A DNA stretch of 51,072 nucleotides from Deltaproteobacteria bacterium (GTDB taxonomy: Bacteria; Desulfobacterota; Syntrophia; Syntrophales; UBA2210), in contig JAFDBG010000011.1 in the NCBI GenBank assembly GCA_019313385.1, positions 1 through 51,072 of the forward strand, written 5' to 3'. The notes beneath the pieces are model-generated. The model ran no database searches. It was not told the origin of the DNA and was given only the letters and a program-made list of their open reading frames with translations. Both the position numbers and the translations under genes were made by a program. Positions 39,889-49,682 of this stretch are shown here, piece after piece (within the stretch, counting starts at the first letter, position 1; each line of letters begins with the position of its first letter).

Positions 39889-41460
39889 CTATGGAATGGG
39901 GATCGTTGTCAGTTGTTCCGTGGTGACGGTATAGCACCCCTTGTTCTCTCCTAGCAGGGTGCCTGTTGCGAAACGAAGTTGAAGCACGGCAAGGGCATAT
40001 TCTGTTTGTGCGGAGACCTCTCCCTGCAGGGCAGTTCTGAACCGATCTTTAATATCCAGGACATCAATCACGGTGGACATTCCCATATGAAGCTTCATAT
40101 TTTCATTATCCAGTGCCTTACGAGAATATAACACTGCCTTTTGCGCTTCTCCAAGTTCCGCCGTCTTTTGTATGAGCGCGTGCATGGCGACGACGACACA
40201 AGAATGGATATTTCTCTCCAAATCAGCCGTCTGAATGCGCGTTTTTAGGTGGGAAGATTTTCTCTGATGTAAAAGGCCACTCGACGTGTTGTTGCCGAAG
40301 GGATATTGCAAACTGAGGGTTGCACCGCCGTTTAAGCCCTCTACATTTTCGCGAAAGGCATTATAATAGCCGGATTTTCTGTCTGTTTCATCGAGGCTTT
40401 GATATCCCATGCTTAACGAAAGATCCAGTTGAGGTTTCATATTGATCCGGGCGGCGGTCAGGAGAATCATAGCCTCTTTTTCAAGCTTTTCCAGTGCCAG
40501 GAGGTCAGTCCGGTTTTTATTAGACAGTTGAATGAATTTCATTTTATTGTTTTCGATGGAAAGACTTTTACCTGAAAGCGACCCTGGGAATGTATCGGAG
40601 GGGAGCGGAAGCTTAGTGACATCATGAAACTGTAGCCCCATCGCGATACCCAAATGCTGGCGGGCCTCGTAAAGGGTCTGCTCACCCATGATGCGAGCCA
40701 TTGTTTTTGATGCCAGATCAGCCCGAAGCTGGTCAAGATCGGACCGTGGTCGCTCATCCGCATTTACCAGCTTCTCAACATCTTGCAGTAGTTTGATCGA
40801 TCTGGATTCGGCTTCTTCCAGGATTTCAAGATTTTCTTTGGCCGCCGCTACCTCCCAGTAGGCATTGGCTGTTTCCAGGACGGCGGTCGAATAGGTATGG
40901 CGAAGGCTCAATTCGGAGGCCTCAACCTGGCTTTTTGCGGCTGCTTCACCAGCGGCTGCCGATTCCCTCCCTCTTCCGCTCAGGAGGGGCAAGGTTATGA
41001 CAAAATTAACGCTTCCTTCATTGATCGTGGGGGCCCCTGAGCTTTGATCGTCGGTACGCGTCATCTGAGCGTTGGGACCCACTGTGATGCCGTTGCGAAG
41101 CTTTTTATTCAGACTGACGGTATAGGTAGTCACATCCGAAGCATCTTTTGAAGTGCCGTAGGTTAATTGATCGGCTGCGGTAAACGGCTTATTTTCATGT
41201 GTGCGGCTGATATTCGTGGTAAGGGTAGGGTCGAAGGCGCCGCGGGCTTGTTGTAGCGCCCCCTTGCTTATCTCTACAACCTCTTCCTGTATCTTGATGG
41301 ATGGCTGGTTCGAAAGAGTTGTTCCTATTGCTTCGATAAGTTTCAGTCCTTGCTCAGATTGCTCTGAGAGACTCGGCGAAACGAATATGAGCAAAGAGAA
41401 TATACCGTAACAGACCGCAATCAGCAAAATAACCCTGTTTTTTAGCATAAGATTCCCCAA
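39889..41460 (-). CDS. TolC family outer-membrane efflux protein
   Basis: Signal peptide, AYWE.., PQLDL and GMSTVIDVL patterns; alternative ATG start at 41448. Confidence 0.85.
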   Translation of the reverse strand: MGNLMLKNRVILLIAVCYGIFSLLIFVSPSLSEQSEQGLKLIEAIGTTLSNQPSIKIQEEVVEISKGALQQARGAFDPTLTTNISRTHENKPFTAADQLTYGTSKDASDVTTYTVSLNKKLRNGITVGPNAQMTRTDDQSSGAPTINEGSVNFVITLPLLSGRGRESAAAGEAAAKSQVEASELSLRHTYSTAVLETANAYWEVAAAKENLEILEEAESRSIKLLQDVEKLVNADERPRSDLDQLRADLASKTMARIMGEQTLYEARQHLGIAMGLQFHDVTKLPLPSDTFPGSLSGKSLSIENNKMKFIQLSNKNRTDLLALEKLEKEAMILLTAARINMKPQLDLSLSMGYQSLDETDRKSGYYNAFRENVEGLNGGATLSLQYPFGNNTSSGLLHQRKSSHLKTRIQTADLERNIHSCVVVAMHALIQKTAELGEAQKAVLYSRKALDNENMKLHMGMSTVIDVLDIKDRFRTALQGEVSAQTEYALAVLQLRFATGTLLGENKGCYTVTTEQLTTIPIP

Positions 41461-41635
41461 TGTAACGCCGGCTTACGCCGCGCAGTGACGTTATCACCTT
41501 TATTTTTATTAATTTCAAGTATTATTGTGCCTGCTCAAGTAGAGATGCCAAGCTCCTCAGCTCTTTCACGTATACGCCTTATAACCCTCGGGACACTTTG
41601 GATTCGGCACAGATACTTGTATTCGCGTAATGTCA

Positions 41636-41821
41636 TTGATGGTGTTGTAAAAAGTCCCAAAACCGTCATACGGGCTTGATATGCCTGCCCCATACCTGAT
41701 ACAGGTGTATCCATAAACTGCTGAATTTACTGGATTCCGGCTTCCGCTTGTCTGCGTGCGACGCACAGGCAGGCCGGAATGACGAAAAATGGCGTTTTCT
41801 GACTTTTTACGAATGCGTCAA
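41636..41821. mobile_element. MITE-like element with nested REP-like palindromes
   Basis: Terminal inverted repeats ttgatggtgttgtaaaaagtc / gactttttacgaatgcgtcaa (16/21); internal inverted GTCAT-type palindromes. Confidence 0.65.
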
Positions 41822-41940
41822 ATTTAAATCTTACGGTTGTTTTTACGCTGCTTTCAAGGGAAAACAAGAGAAAAGTTCACATTTGGGAAAAGGAATGCGC
41901 CGCATGCGGTTACAGCTCAGTTCGACCTTCGGGGGTTCCC

Positions 41941-43017
41941 TTACTCCGGCATGGGCCTTACCAGCTCGCGGATTTTGCCGGTCTCAACGGCGTCGAGGAA
42001 TTCTTCTCCCAGTCGTTCGCTCTCTTTTATGGCCCTGTTCCAGTAATCCATGCGTTCATTGTCTCTTCCGCTGAAACGCTGAAAATCTTTCCGGTCGGGT
42101 ATCTTTCCATAGGGGAGCCGTTTTATAAACTCTTCGGAAGGGTGCAGGAGGAGCACGTTTTCCATATTTGAAGGGTCCGGCTTCCTCCATGAGAGCTTCT
42201 TATCAAACCATCCCGGTATGACGCGATTCGTATAATGAGGGAAGAGCACGATGCCGCCATCATCTTTCGTGAAGGGTATGTCCATGTGGTAATCTATTAT
42301 GCCCCCATCCCTGTAAGCGCCCCTCCGGGCGCCCGGTATGTCGGTGACGCGGGACATGGCTACGGGGATCGATCCGGATGCCAGGAGGGCCTGCCGGAGG
42401 TTTTTCTCAGTGAGAGGGACCTGGCGGATGGGGAAACCGTTCATGTTGAAAAATGGAGGAATTTCTCTTTGATCGTACAGCAGTGTCCTTTCGAAAAAGA
42501 AGCTGAGGGACTTTCGGCTGATGGTGTTGGAAAGGGTGGCGAGAAGCAGTCCGGGCAGAAGCGCCCCCATCCGGTCGCTTGCCGTAAGACCCCTGCATCT
42601 GGTCGACATCATATTCAGTCTTAGATATGAATGATTCAGTATCTCATCTACCCCTGTATCACCGAGAAAGGTCTCCAGAAAGGCGATACTTTCGCTGGTG
42701 ATCTCTTCCCGCGAGGGGTTCCGGGAGTAGTGCTGGTGTACATATGTGGTCCGAAATCTATCGATGGCTTCCAGGGGCCTTTTCTGTGAAACAGATGCGA
42801 ACCTCCAGGCAGCCGCGGATGAACCCAGCAAAAACAGGGGCTCTTTCCTTCCTGTGAGCCAGGTCGAAAAGATGGCTCCATCGAGATGACCCAGAATCAG
42901 GCATTTCGGGCCGCCGGCCGCCCCGGTGACAACCTTTACCTGATCAGGGCTTATACCACCCTCCCTGATTATCTTCAGTGCTTTTCTTCCCGCTAAAAAT
43001 GAAAGATTCACTGACAT
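41941..43017 (-). CDS. Patatin-like phospholipase family protein
   Basis: Gly-rich GAAGGPK, GSSAAAW nucleophile-like motif, ASGSIP and DGG. Confidence 0.75.
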   Translation of the reverse strand: MSVNLSFLAGRKALKIIREGGISPDQVKVVTGAAGGPKCLILGHLDGAIFSTWLTGRKEPLFLLGSSAAAWRFASVSQKRPLEAIDRFRTTYVHQHYSRNPSREEITSESIAFLETFLGDTGVDEILNHSYLRLNMMSTRCRGLTASDRMGALLPGLLLATLSNTISRKSLSFFFERTLLYDQREIPPFFNMNGFPIRQVPLTEKNLRQALLASGSIPVAMSRVTDIPGARRGAYRDGGIIDYHMDIPFTKDDGGIVLFPHYTNRVIPGWFDKKLSWRKPDPSNMENVLLLHPSEEFIKRLPYGKIPDRKDFQRFSGRDNERMDYWNRAIKESERLGEEFLDAVETGKIRELVRPMPE

Positions 43018-43189
43018 AAATTATCGCCCCCTTTGAATGGTTGCTCTGCGCATGATTAAGAGTATGCCGCAAAGAAGTAATACGATTCTCCCAAGATATC
43101 AACCAATTTTTTCAGATTGTTTCAATTTTCTATTGACAACGGTTTCATTCCGTATTACTACTGGCTCTCATTTTTTTGAGAGGATACAG

Positions 43190-43276
43190 ATGTCGGCGAG
43201 AAACCTTATTAGCATCATCATAATTAGCGAGCTCCTTATAGGGAGAACGCATATTTGTGACCTGATGATGGAATAA
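43190..43276 (+). CDS. Putative Ile/Leu-rich attenuator leader peptide (28 aa)
   Basis: MSARNLISIIIISELLIGRTHICDLMME with GAGAGGA RBS, upstream of cimA-leu and followed by a terminator. Confidence 0.75.
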   Translation: MSARNLISIIIISELLIGRTHICDLMME

Positions 43277-43298
43277 GTTTCCGAAAAGAGAAAAAATC

Positions 43299-43340
43299 AA
43301 AATCCGTTATCAGGCCTGCTGATAGCGGATTTTTTGTTTT
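43299..43340 (+). terminator. Attenuator terminator hairpin
   Basis: aaaatccgttatcag-gcctg-ctgatagcggatttt followed by ttgtttt. Confidence 0.85.
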
Positions 43341-43357
43341 AAGGAGAGTAGAAGACA

Positions 43358-44959
43358 ATGAAGAGCATGGATGTGTTGATTTACGATACCACTTTGAGGG
43401 ATGGCACGCAGGGATACCAGATAAGCTTTTCTGCGGAGGACAAACTGCGCATAGCCAGAAGGCTGGATGACGCCGGGTTCCACTATATAGAGGGAGGCTG
43501 GCCGGGTTCAAACCCCAGGGATATGCGGTTTTTCAAGATGGCCAGAGAGATCGAGTTCAAAAACGCGAGGCTTGCAGCGTTTGGCAGCACGAGAAAGCCT
43601 GGTTTGTCACCTGATGATTGCCCCAATATACGGGCGTTACTGGAGGCGGATACACCGGTTGTGACCATTTTTGGAAAGAGCTGGGATCTTCACGCGACGG
43701 AAATCCTGGGAGTTTCGCTGGACGAAAACCTGTCACTGATCAGTGATTCTATCCGGTATCTTAAGTCAAAGGGCAAAGAGGTAATCTATGACGCGGAGCA
43801 TTTTTTTGATGGCTACAAAAATAACACCAAATACGCTTTCAAGACGATACAGGCAGCCTTGGACGCAGGCGCCGACAATATAGTCCTCTGTGATACCAAT
43901 GGAGGGACCCTCACGTGGGAGCTGAGCGAGATTTTTAAAGATGTGGCGTCCCTGATTCCTCCGAAACTTCTCGGCCTTCACGCCCATGATGATTGCGGTC
44001 TGGCGGTAGCCAATTCGCTTTACGCCGCCATGCTCGGGGCCAAAATGGTTCAGGGGACGGTAAACGGGTATGGTGAGCGATGCGGGAATGCCGATCTGAT
44101 CTCTGTCATAGGTAATCTTGACCTGAAAATGGGAAAAAAATGTCTCCCGGAATCATCAATCCGGTGTCTCACCAGTCTGTCGCATTATGTAAGCGATGTT
44201 GCCAATACTCCCCCTGTCAAGTCGAAACCCTTTGTCGGCAGCAACGCGTTTGCCCACAAAGGGGGCGTGCATGTAAGCGCTGTCTTAAAAAATTCTGTGG
44301 CCTACGAACACACAGATCCAGAGCTCGTGGGAAACAAACGCGGGGTGATCGTGTCGGATCTTTCGGGGAAAGGTAATATTGAGCATAAGGCGAAAGAACT
44401 GGGCATTGATCTTGGCAAAGACAGCAGTGTGACCAAAAAAATTGTCCGGGATATAAAAAGGATGGAAGATGAAGGATATCAGTTTGACACTGCTGACGGC
44501 TCTCTTTCACTCTTGATGAAAAGGGCGATCGGCAGCTTCAGGGAACCCTTCCTCCTTGAGTCCTTTCGTGTGATAGATGAGAAGACAAAGGACAATTCCT
44601 CCCACTCTCAGTCTATGATAAAGATATCCGTGGGTGGAGAATATGAGATTACCGCCGCCGAGGGGAATGGGCCTGTTAATGCCCTGGATAATGCCCTCAG
44701 AAAGGCATTGAGCAAATTTTATCCCCGGATCAGCGAAATGAATCTTGTAGACTTTAAGGTCAGGATACTGGAAGGAACCGATGGAACTGCGGCAAAGGTG
44801 CGTGTCCTGCTGGCATCGCGTGATAACAGTGAAGAGTGGACCACTGTCGGGGTGTCTGAAAATATTATAGAGGCAAGCTGGCACGCGCTGGTCGACAGTA
44901 TACAGTACAAATTGAGTAAGGATGACGAAACTGATCATGTCCCTGAGGAGGAGAAATAG
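43358..44959 (+). CDS. cimA: Citramalate synthase
   Basis: YDTTLRDGTQ, IEGGWPGSNP, YDAEHFFDG, AFAHKGGVH and GPVNALD motifs. Confidence 0.9.
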   Translation: MKSMDVLIYDTTLRDGTQGYQISFSAEDKLRIARRLDDAGFHYIEGGWPGSNPRDMRFFKMAREIEFKNARLAAFGSTRKPGLSPDDCPNIRALLEADTPVVTIFGKSWDLHATEILGVSLDENLSLISDSIRYLKSKGKEVIYDAEHFFDGYKNNTKYAFKTIQAALDAGADNIVLCDTNGGTLTWELSEIFKDVASLIPPKLLGLHAHDDCGLAVANSLYAAMLGAKMVQGTVNGYGERCGNADLISVIGNLDLKMGKKCLPESSIRCLTSLSHYVSDVANTPPVKSKPFVGSNAFAHKGGVHVSAVLKNSVAYEHTDPELVGNKRGVIVSDLSGKGNIEHKAKELGIDLGKDSSVTKKIVRDIKRMEDEGYQFDTADGSLSLLMKRAIGSFREPFLLESFRVIDEKTKDNSSHSQSMIKISVGGEYEITAAEGNGPVNALDNALRKALSKFYPRISEMNLVDFKVRILEGTDGTAAKVRVLLASRDNSEEWTTVGVSENIIEASWHALVDSIQYKLSKDDETDHVPEEEK

Positions 44960-46495
44960 ATGAAATCAGAAAGAGACAGGGTGTATATATTCGACACAAC
45001 CCTGCGTGACGGGGAGCAGGCCCCCGGGTTCAGCATGAACCCCACCGAAAAGCTCCGATTTGCGAAGCAGCTCGAACGGCTGGGCGTCGATATTATCGAG
45101 GCGGGGTTCCCCATCGCATCCGAGGGGGATTTTGAGTCGGTTAGGCAGATAGCCGGTGAGATAACGAAGTCGCAGGTTGCCGGACTCTGCAGGACCAGTC
45201 TGGGAGATATCGACCGGGCGTGGGACGCGATCAAGGGTGCGGCCATTCCCCGGATACACACCTTTATCTCGACATCCGACATACACCTCAACCACATGTT
45301 GAAGATGACGAGGGCGCAGGTCCTGAAGGAGGCGCGCGCGGGGGTGAAACATGCTCGCAGTCTCACGGAGAATGTGGAATTTTCGGCCCAAGACGCCACG
45401 CGGACCGACAGGAAGTATCTGGCTGAGATCGTGGAGGCCGTCATAGACGAGGGGGCCGTGACCGTCAATATCCCCGATACCGTGGGGTATGCCATGCCGG
45501 AAGAATTCGGCGAACTGATAGCGTACCTGTTCGATACCGTGGGCAACATCCACAAGGCCGTTATATCGGTCCACACCCATGACGACCTCGGCGTCGCGGT
45601 CGCCACCTCTCTTGCCGGCCTGAAGGCGGGGGCGCGGCAGGTGGAGTGCGCGGTAAACGGCATCGGCGAGAGGGCGGGGAACGCCTCGCTGGAAGAGGTT
45701 GTCATGGCCCTCGAGACGAGAAGGGACATCCTGGGGCTCCACACAAATATCAAAACGAAACATATCTATCCCACCTCACGGCTCCTGGCCGAGATAACGG
45801 GGGTCGAGGTTCAGCCCAATAAGGCGATCGTCGGAGCGAACGCCTTCGCTCATGAGTCCGGAATCCACCAGGACGGCCTCATCAAGGAGAAGACAACCTA
45901 CGAGATCATGACCCCGGAGAGGGTGGGGGTCTCGGAGACGAATATCGTCCTGGGGAAACACTCCGGAAGGGCCGCCATCAGGGATCGCCTCAAAAAGATG
46001 GGATTCGATCTTGCCAAGGAGGAGGTCGATACGGTATTTAAGCGGTTCAAGGAGCTCGCGGACATCAAGAAGGAGATGTTCGATGAGGACATTGAGGCGA
46101 TCATTGCCGAGGATGTATTCCGAAGGGCGGAAAAGTACAAGCTCCTGTACCTCAGCGTGGTGAGCGGCAACGCGGCCATCCCGACCGCGACCGTTAAGAT
46201 GGAGATAGACGGTGAGGTTGCGCAGGAGGCGTATTTCGGCGTGGGGCCGGTCGACGCCACCTTTGCCACCATCAGGAAGATGACGGATACGAATCATCGC
46301 CTGGTTAAATATCAGGTGCATGCCGTGACGGAAGGGACCGACGCCCAGGGTGTGGTGACCGTTCAGCTCCGGCACAAAGAAAGGATCGTCTCGGGGCGGG
46401 GTTCGGACCCCGACGTCCTCGTCGCGACGGCAAAGGCGTACATCAACGCGCTCAACAGGATCGAGTCGTTCCAGATGCGTGATGATAAAAAATAG
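44960..46495 (+). CDS. leuA: 2-isopropylmalate synthase
   Basis: FDTTLRDGEQ, HTHDDLG, GIGERAGN and HESGIHQDG motifs. Confidence 0.95.
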   Translation: MKSERDRVYIFDTTLRDGEQAPGFSMNPTEKLRFAKQLERLGVDIIEAGFPIASEGDFESVRQIAGEITKSQVAGLCRTSLGDIDRAWDAIKGAAIPRIHTFISTSDIHLNHMLKMTRAQVLKEARAGVKHARSLTENVEFSAQDATRTDRKYLAEIVEAVIDEGAVTVNIPDTVGYAMPEEFGELIAYLFDTVGNIHKAVISVHTHDDLGVAVATSLAGLKAGARQVECAVNGIGERAGNASLEEVVMALETRRDILGLHTNIKTKHIYPTSRLLAEITGVEVQPNKAIVGANAFAHESGIHQDGLIKEKTTYEIMTPERVGVSETNIVLGKHSGRAAIRDRLKKMGFDLAKEEVDTVFKRFKELADIKKEMFDEDIEAIIAEDVFRRAEKYKLLYLSVVSGNAAIPTATVKMEIDGEVAQEAYFGVGPVDATFATIRKMTDTNHRLVKYQVHAVTEGTDAQGVVTVQLRHKERIVSGRGSDPDVLVATAKAYINALNRIESFQMRDDKK

Positions 46496-46531
46496 CAAAT
46501 CCCCAAGCAAGAAACACAGGAGATAACGAAT

Positions 46532-47791
46532 ATGTCAATGACCATTACAGAGAAAATCCTGGCCGCTCATGCCGGGCGGGACCGGGTTTCCCCCGGAGAC
46601 CTGATAGAGGCAAAGGTTGATGTGGCCCTCGCGAATGATGTGACGGCGCCCCTTGCAATCAAGGTATTTGGTGAGATAGGGGTTAAGAAGGTATTTGACG
46701 CCGGCAGGGTGGTCCTGGTGGCGGATCACTTTGTTCCCAACAAGGATATCGCCTCGGCGGAGCAGGTCAAGCTTGTGCGTGAGTTTGCCCGGCGGCAGGA
46801 CCTGAGAAACTACTTTGAGGGGGGCGAGTCTGGAATAGAGCATGTAATACTTCCCGAGAAGGGACTTGTTCTTCCTGGGCAGCTCATTATAGGAGCCGAC
46901 AGCCATACCTGCACCTATGGCGCTTTGGGTGCATTTTCCACCGGCGTTGGGAGCACTGATCTCGGGGCGGTGATGGCCACCGGTGAAATATGGCTAAAGG
47001 TCCCGCCGACCATCCTGTTGAGATATGAAGGTTCTCTTGGGCCCCATGTGGGAGGAAAAGATCTGATATTGCACACTATTGGTCTTCTGGGGGTGGAAGG
47101 AGCTCTCTATTGTGCCATGGAATTCACCGGCAGTGTGATCAGCAACCTTCCCATGTATCAGAGATTCACAATGTCCAATATGGCCATAGAGGCCGGTGGG
47201 AAAAACGGTATCATAGCGCCTGATGAAACAACGCTTGCCTATGTTGCCGAGAGAACATCTTTAAAACCCGATATATTCAGGAGTGACCCTGACGCGCAAT
47301 ATGAAAAGGTTATAGATATTAACGTGGATGGGATAGAACCGCAGGTCGCGTTTCCTCACCTTCCTTCGAACGTGCGTCCGGTTTCAGAAGTGGGGAATAT
47401 CTCGATCGATCAGGTGGTCATAGGTTCCTGCACGAATGGATCGCTGGAAGATCTCCGTGACGCGGCAAGTATCCTGAAGGGAAGAAAAGTCTCCCCGGGC
47501 CTGAGACTCATAATCATGCCCGGTTCACCGTTGATATACAAGCTGGCAATGCAGGAAGGTATTCTGGAGGCATTTTTGGAAGCGGGGGCTGTTATCGGTC
47601 CGCCCTGCTGCGGTCCCTGCCTGGGTGGACACATGGGTATACTAGCGTCTGGTGAAAGGGCCGTGGCCACGACAAATCGTAATTTTGTAGGGAGAATGGG
47701 ACATCCGAAGAGCGAAGTCTATCTTGCCAATCCCTTTGTGGCGGCGGCATCCGCAGTGCTGGGAAGGGTTGGCGGACCCGATGATCTGTAA
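46532..47791 (+). CDS. leuC: 3-isopropylmalate dehydratase large subunit
   Basis: GADSHTCTYGA, IGSCTNG, CGPCLG and TNRNFVGRMG motifs. Confidence 0.93.
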   Translation: MSMTITEKILAAHAGRDRVSPGDLIEAKVDVALANDVTAPLAIKVFGEIGVKKVFDAGRVVLVADHFVPNKDIASAEQVKLVREFARRQDLRNYFEGGESGIEHVILPEKGLVLPGQLIIGADSHTCTYGALGAFSTGVGSTDLGAVMATGEIWLKVPPTILLRYEGSLGPHVGGKDLILHTIGLLGVEGALYCAMEFTGSVISNLPMYQRFTMSNMAIEAGGKNGIIAPDETTLAYVAERTSLKPDIFRSDPDAQYEKVIDINVDGIEPQVAFPHLPSNVRPVSEVGNISIDQVVIGSCTNGSLEDLRDAASILKGRKVSPGLRLIIMPGSPLIYKLAMQEGILEAFLEAGAVIGPPCCGPCLGGHMGILASGERAVATTNRNFVGRMGHPKSEVYLANPFVAAASAVLGRVGGPDDL

Positions 47792-47822
47792 CGAGGTTAA
47801 TTTTTCTAAAATGGAGAAGATG

Positions 47823-48311
47823 ATGATAAATGGGAAAATATGGAAATTTGGCGATGATATTGACACGGACGTTATCATTCCCGCGAGATACCTGAATGTG
47901 TCTGCCGAGGATGAACTGGCAAAAAACTGTTTTGCCGATATCAGGCCGGATTTCGCTGGTGGAGTTTCGGTGGGCGATATCCTGGTCGCTGGAAATAACT
48001 TCGGATGCGGATCTTCGCGTGAACACGCGCCCCTCGCGATAAAGGCGGCGGGTATCAGGGTGGTTATCGCTAAAAGCTTTGCCAGGATTTTCTACCGAAA
48101 TGCCTTCAATATAGGCCTGCCTCTGTTGGAGTCCGCTGAGGCTTCAATAGGCTTGCCCGACGGTCAAGATGCCATCGTCGATCTTGCCGCCGGAAGAATC
48201 GAAGGAAATGGCCGGGTGTTTCAGGCCAGTCCCATCCCTGATTTTATGGCGAAGCTGATCGACGCGGGCGGACTGGTGGATTATATAAGGAAGGTAAAGA
48301 TTGTAAGATAA
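47823..48311 (+). CDS. leuD: 3-isopropylmalate dehydratase small subunit
   Basis: DIDTDVIIP, NFGCGSSREHA and SFARIFYRN motifs; start chosen after GGAG. Confidence 0.92.
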   Translation: MINGKIWKFGDDIDTDVIIPARYLNVSAEDELAKNCFADIRPDFAGGVSVGDILVAGNNFGCGSSREHAPLAIKAAGIRVVIAKSFARIFYRNAFNIGLPLLESAEASIGLPDGQDAIVDLAAGRIEGNGRVFQASPIPDFMAKLIDAGGLVDYIRKVKIVR

Positions 48312-49397
<1,086 letters not shown>

Positions 49398-49408
49398 TCA
49401 GTGCTCCT

Positions 49409-49549
49409 TTCACAGTTTACAGTTTACGGTTCACAGTTCACATTTTACAGCTTACAGCTCACAGCTTTCCCGATAACCTATGCGGCAATTGGCTTTTTCA
49501 ATTCTCTGTTTTTTAAACCGTGAACCGGTAACTGTGAACCGCAAACCGT
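49409..49549. repeat. Heptamer tandem repeats in inverted arrangement
   Basis: About 8 ttcacag-like units (49409-49464) and 4-5 complementary ctgtgaa-like units (49515-49549). Confidence 0.8.
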
Positions 49550-49682
49550 TCGTAGTACAATGCGCGGATTATTGCAACAGCTTTTGCGCTGAAGCGGGAT
49601 TTTATATTGACTTAAAATGGTTAGAATGTTAGTGGAATGCCCACTTTATAATAGATAAAATGCAGGCAGGAAAAGTTAAGAT

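Larger units (their letters stand above)
24603..41982. mobile_element. Putative ~17 kb genomic island carrying the RiPP cluster
   Basis: Bounded by the 44-bp direct repeat of a gene 3' end; no integrase recognised inside. Confidence 0.55.

Noticed and set aside
24808-41460. Lanthipeptide, azole-containing or spliceotide assignment for the cluster
   Set aside because: No LanB/LanC/LanM or YcaO recognised; the cores lack the Tyr-Gly motif used by spliceases
13760-41982. Integrase, transposase or prophage genes explaining the islands
   Set aside because: No recombinase, DDE transposase or phage structural motifs recognised in any ORF
44935-46510. Several long minus-strand ORFs
   Set aside because: Shadows of GC-rich leuA
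49550-49682. T-box upstream of serS
   Set aside because: No T-box consensus or terminator visible, and the region is too short
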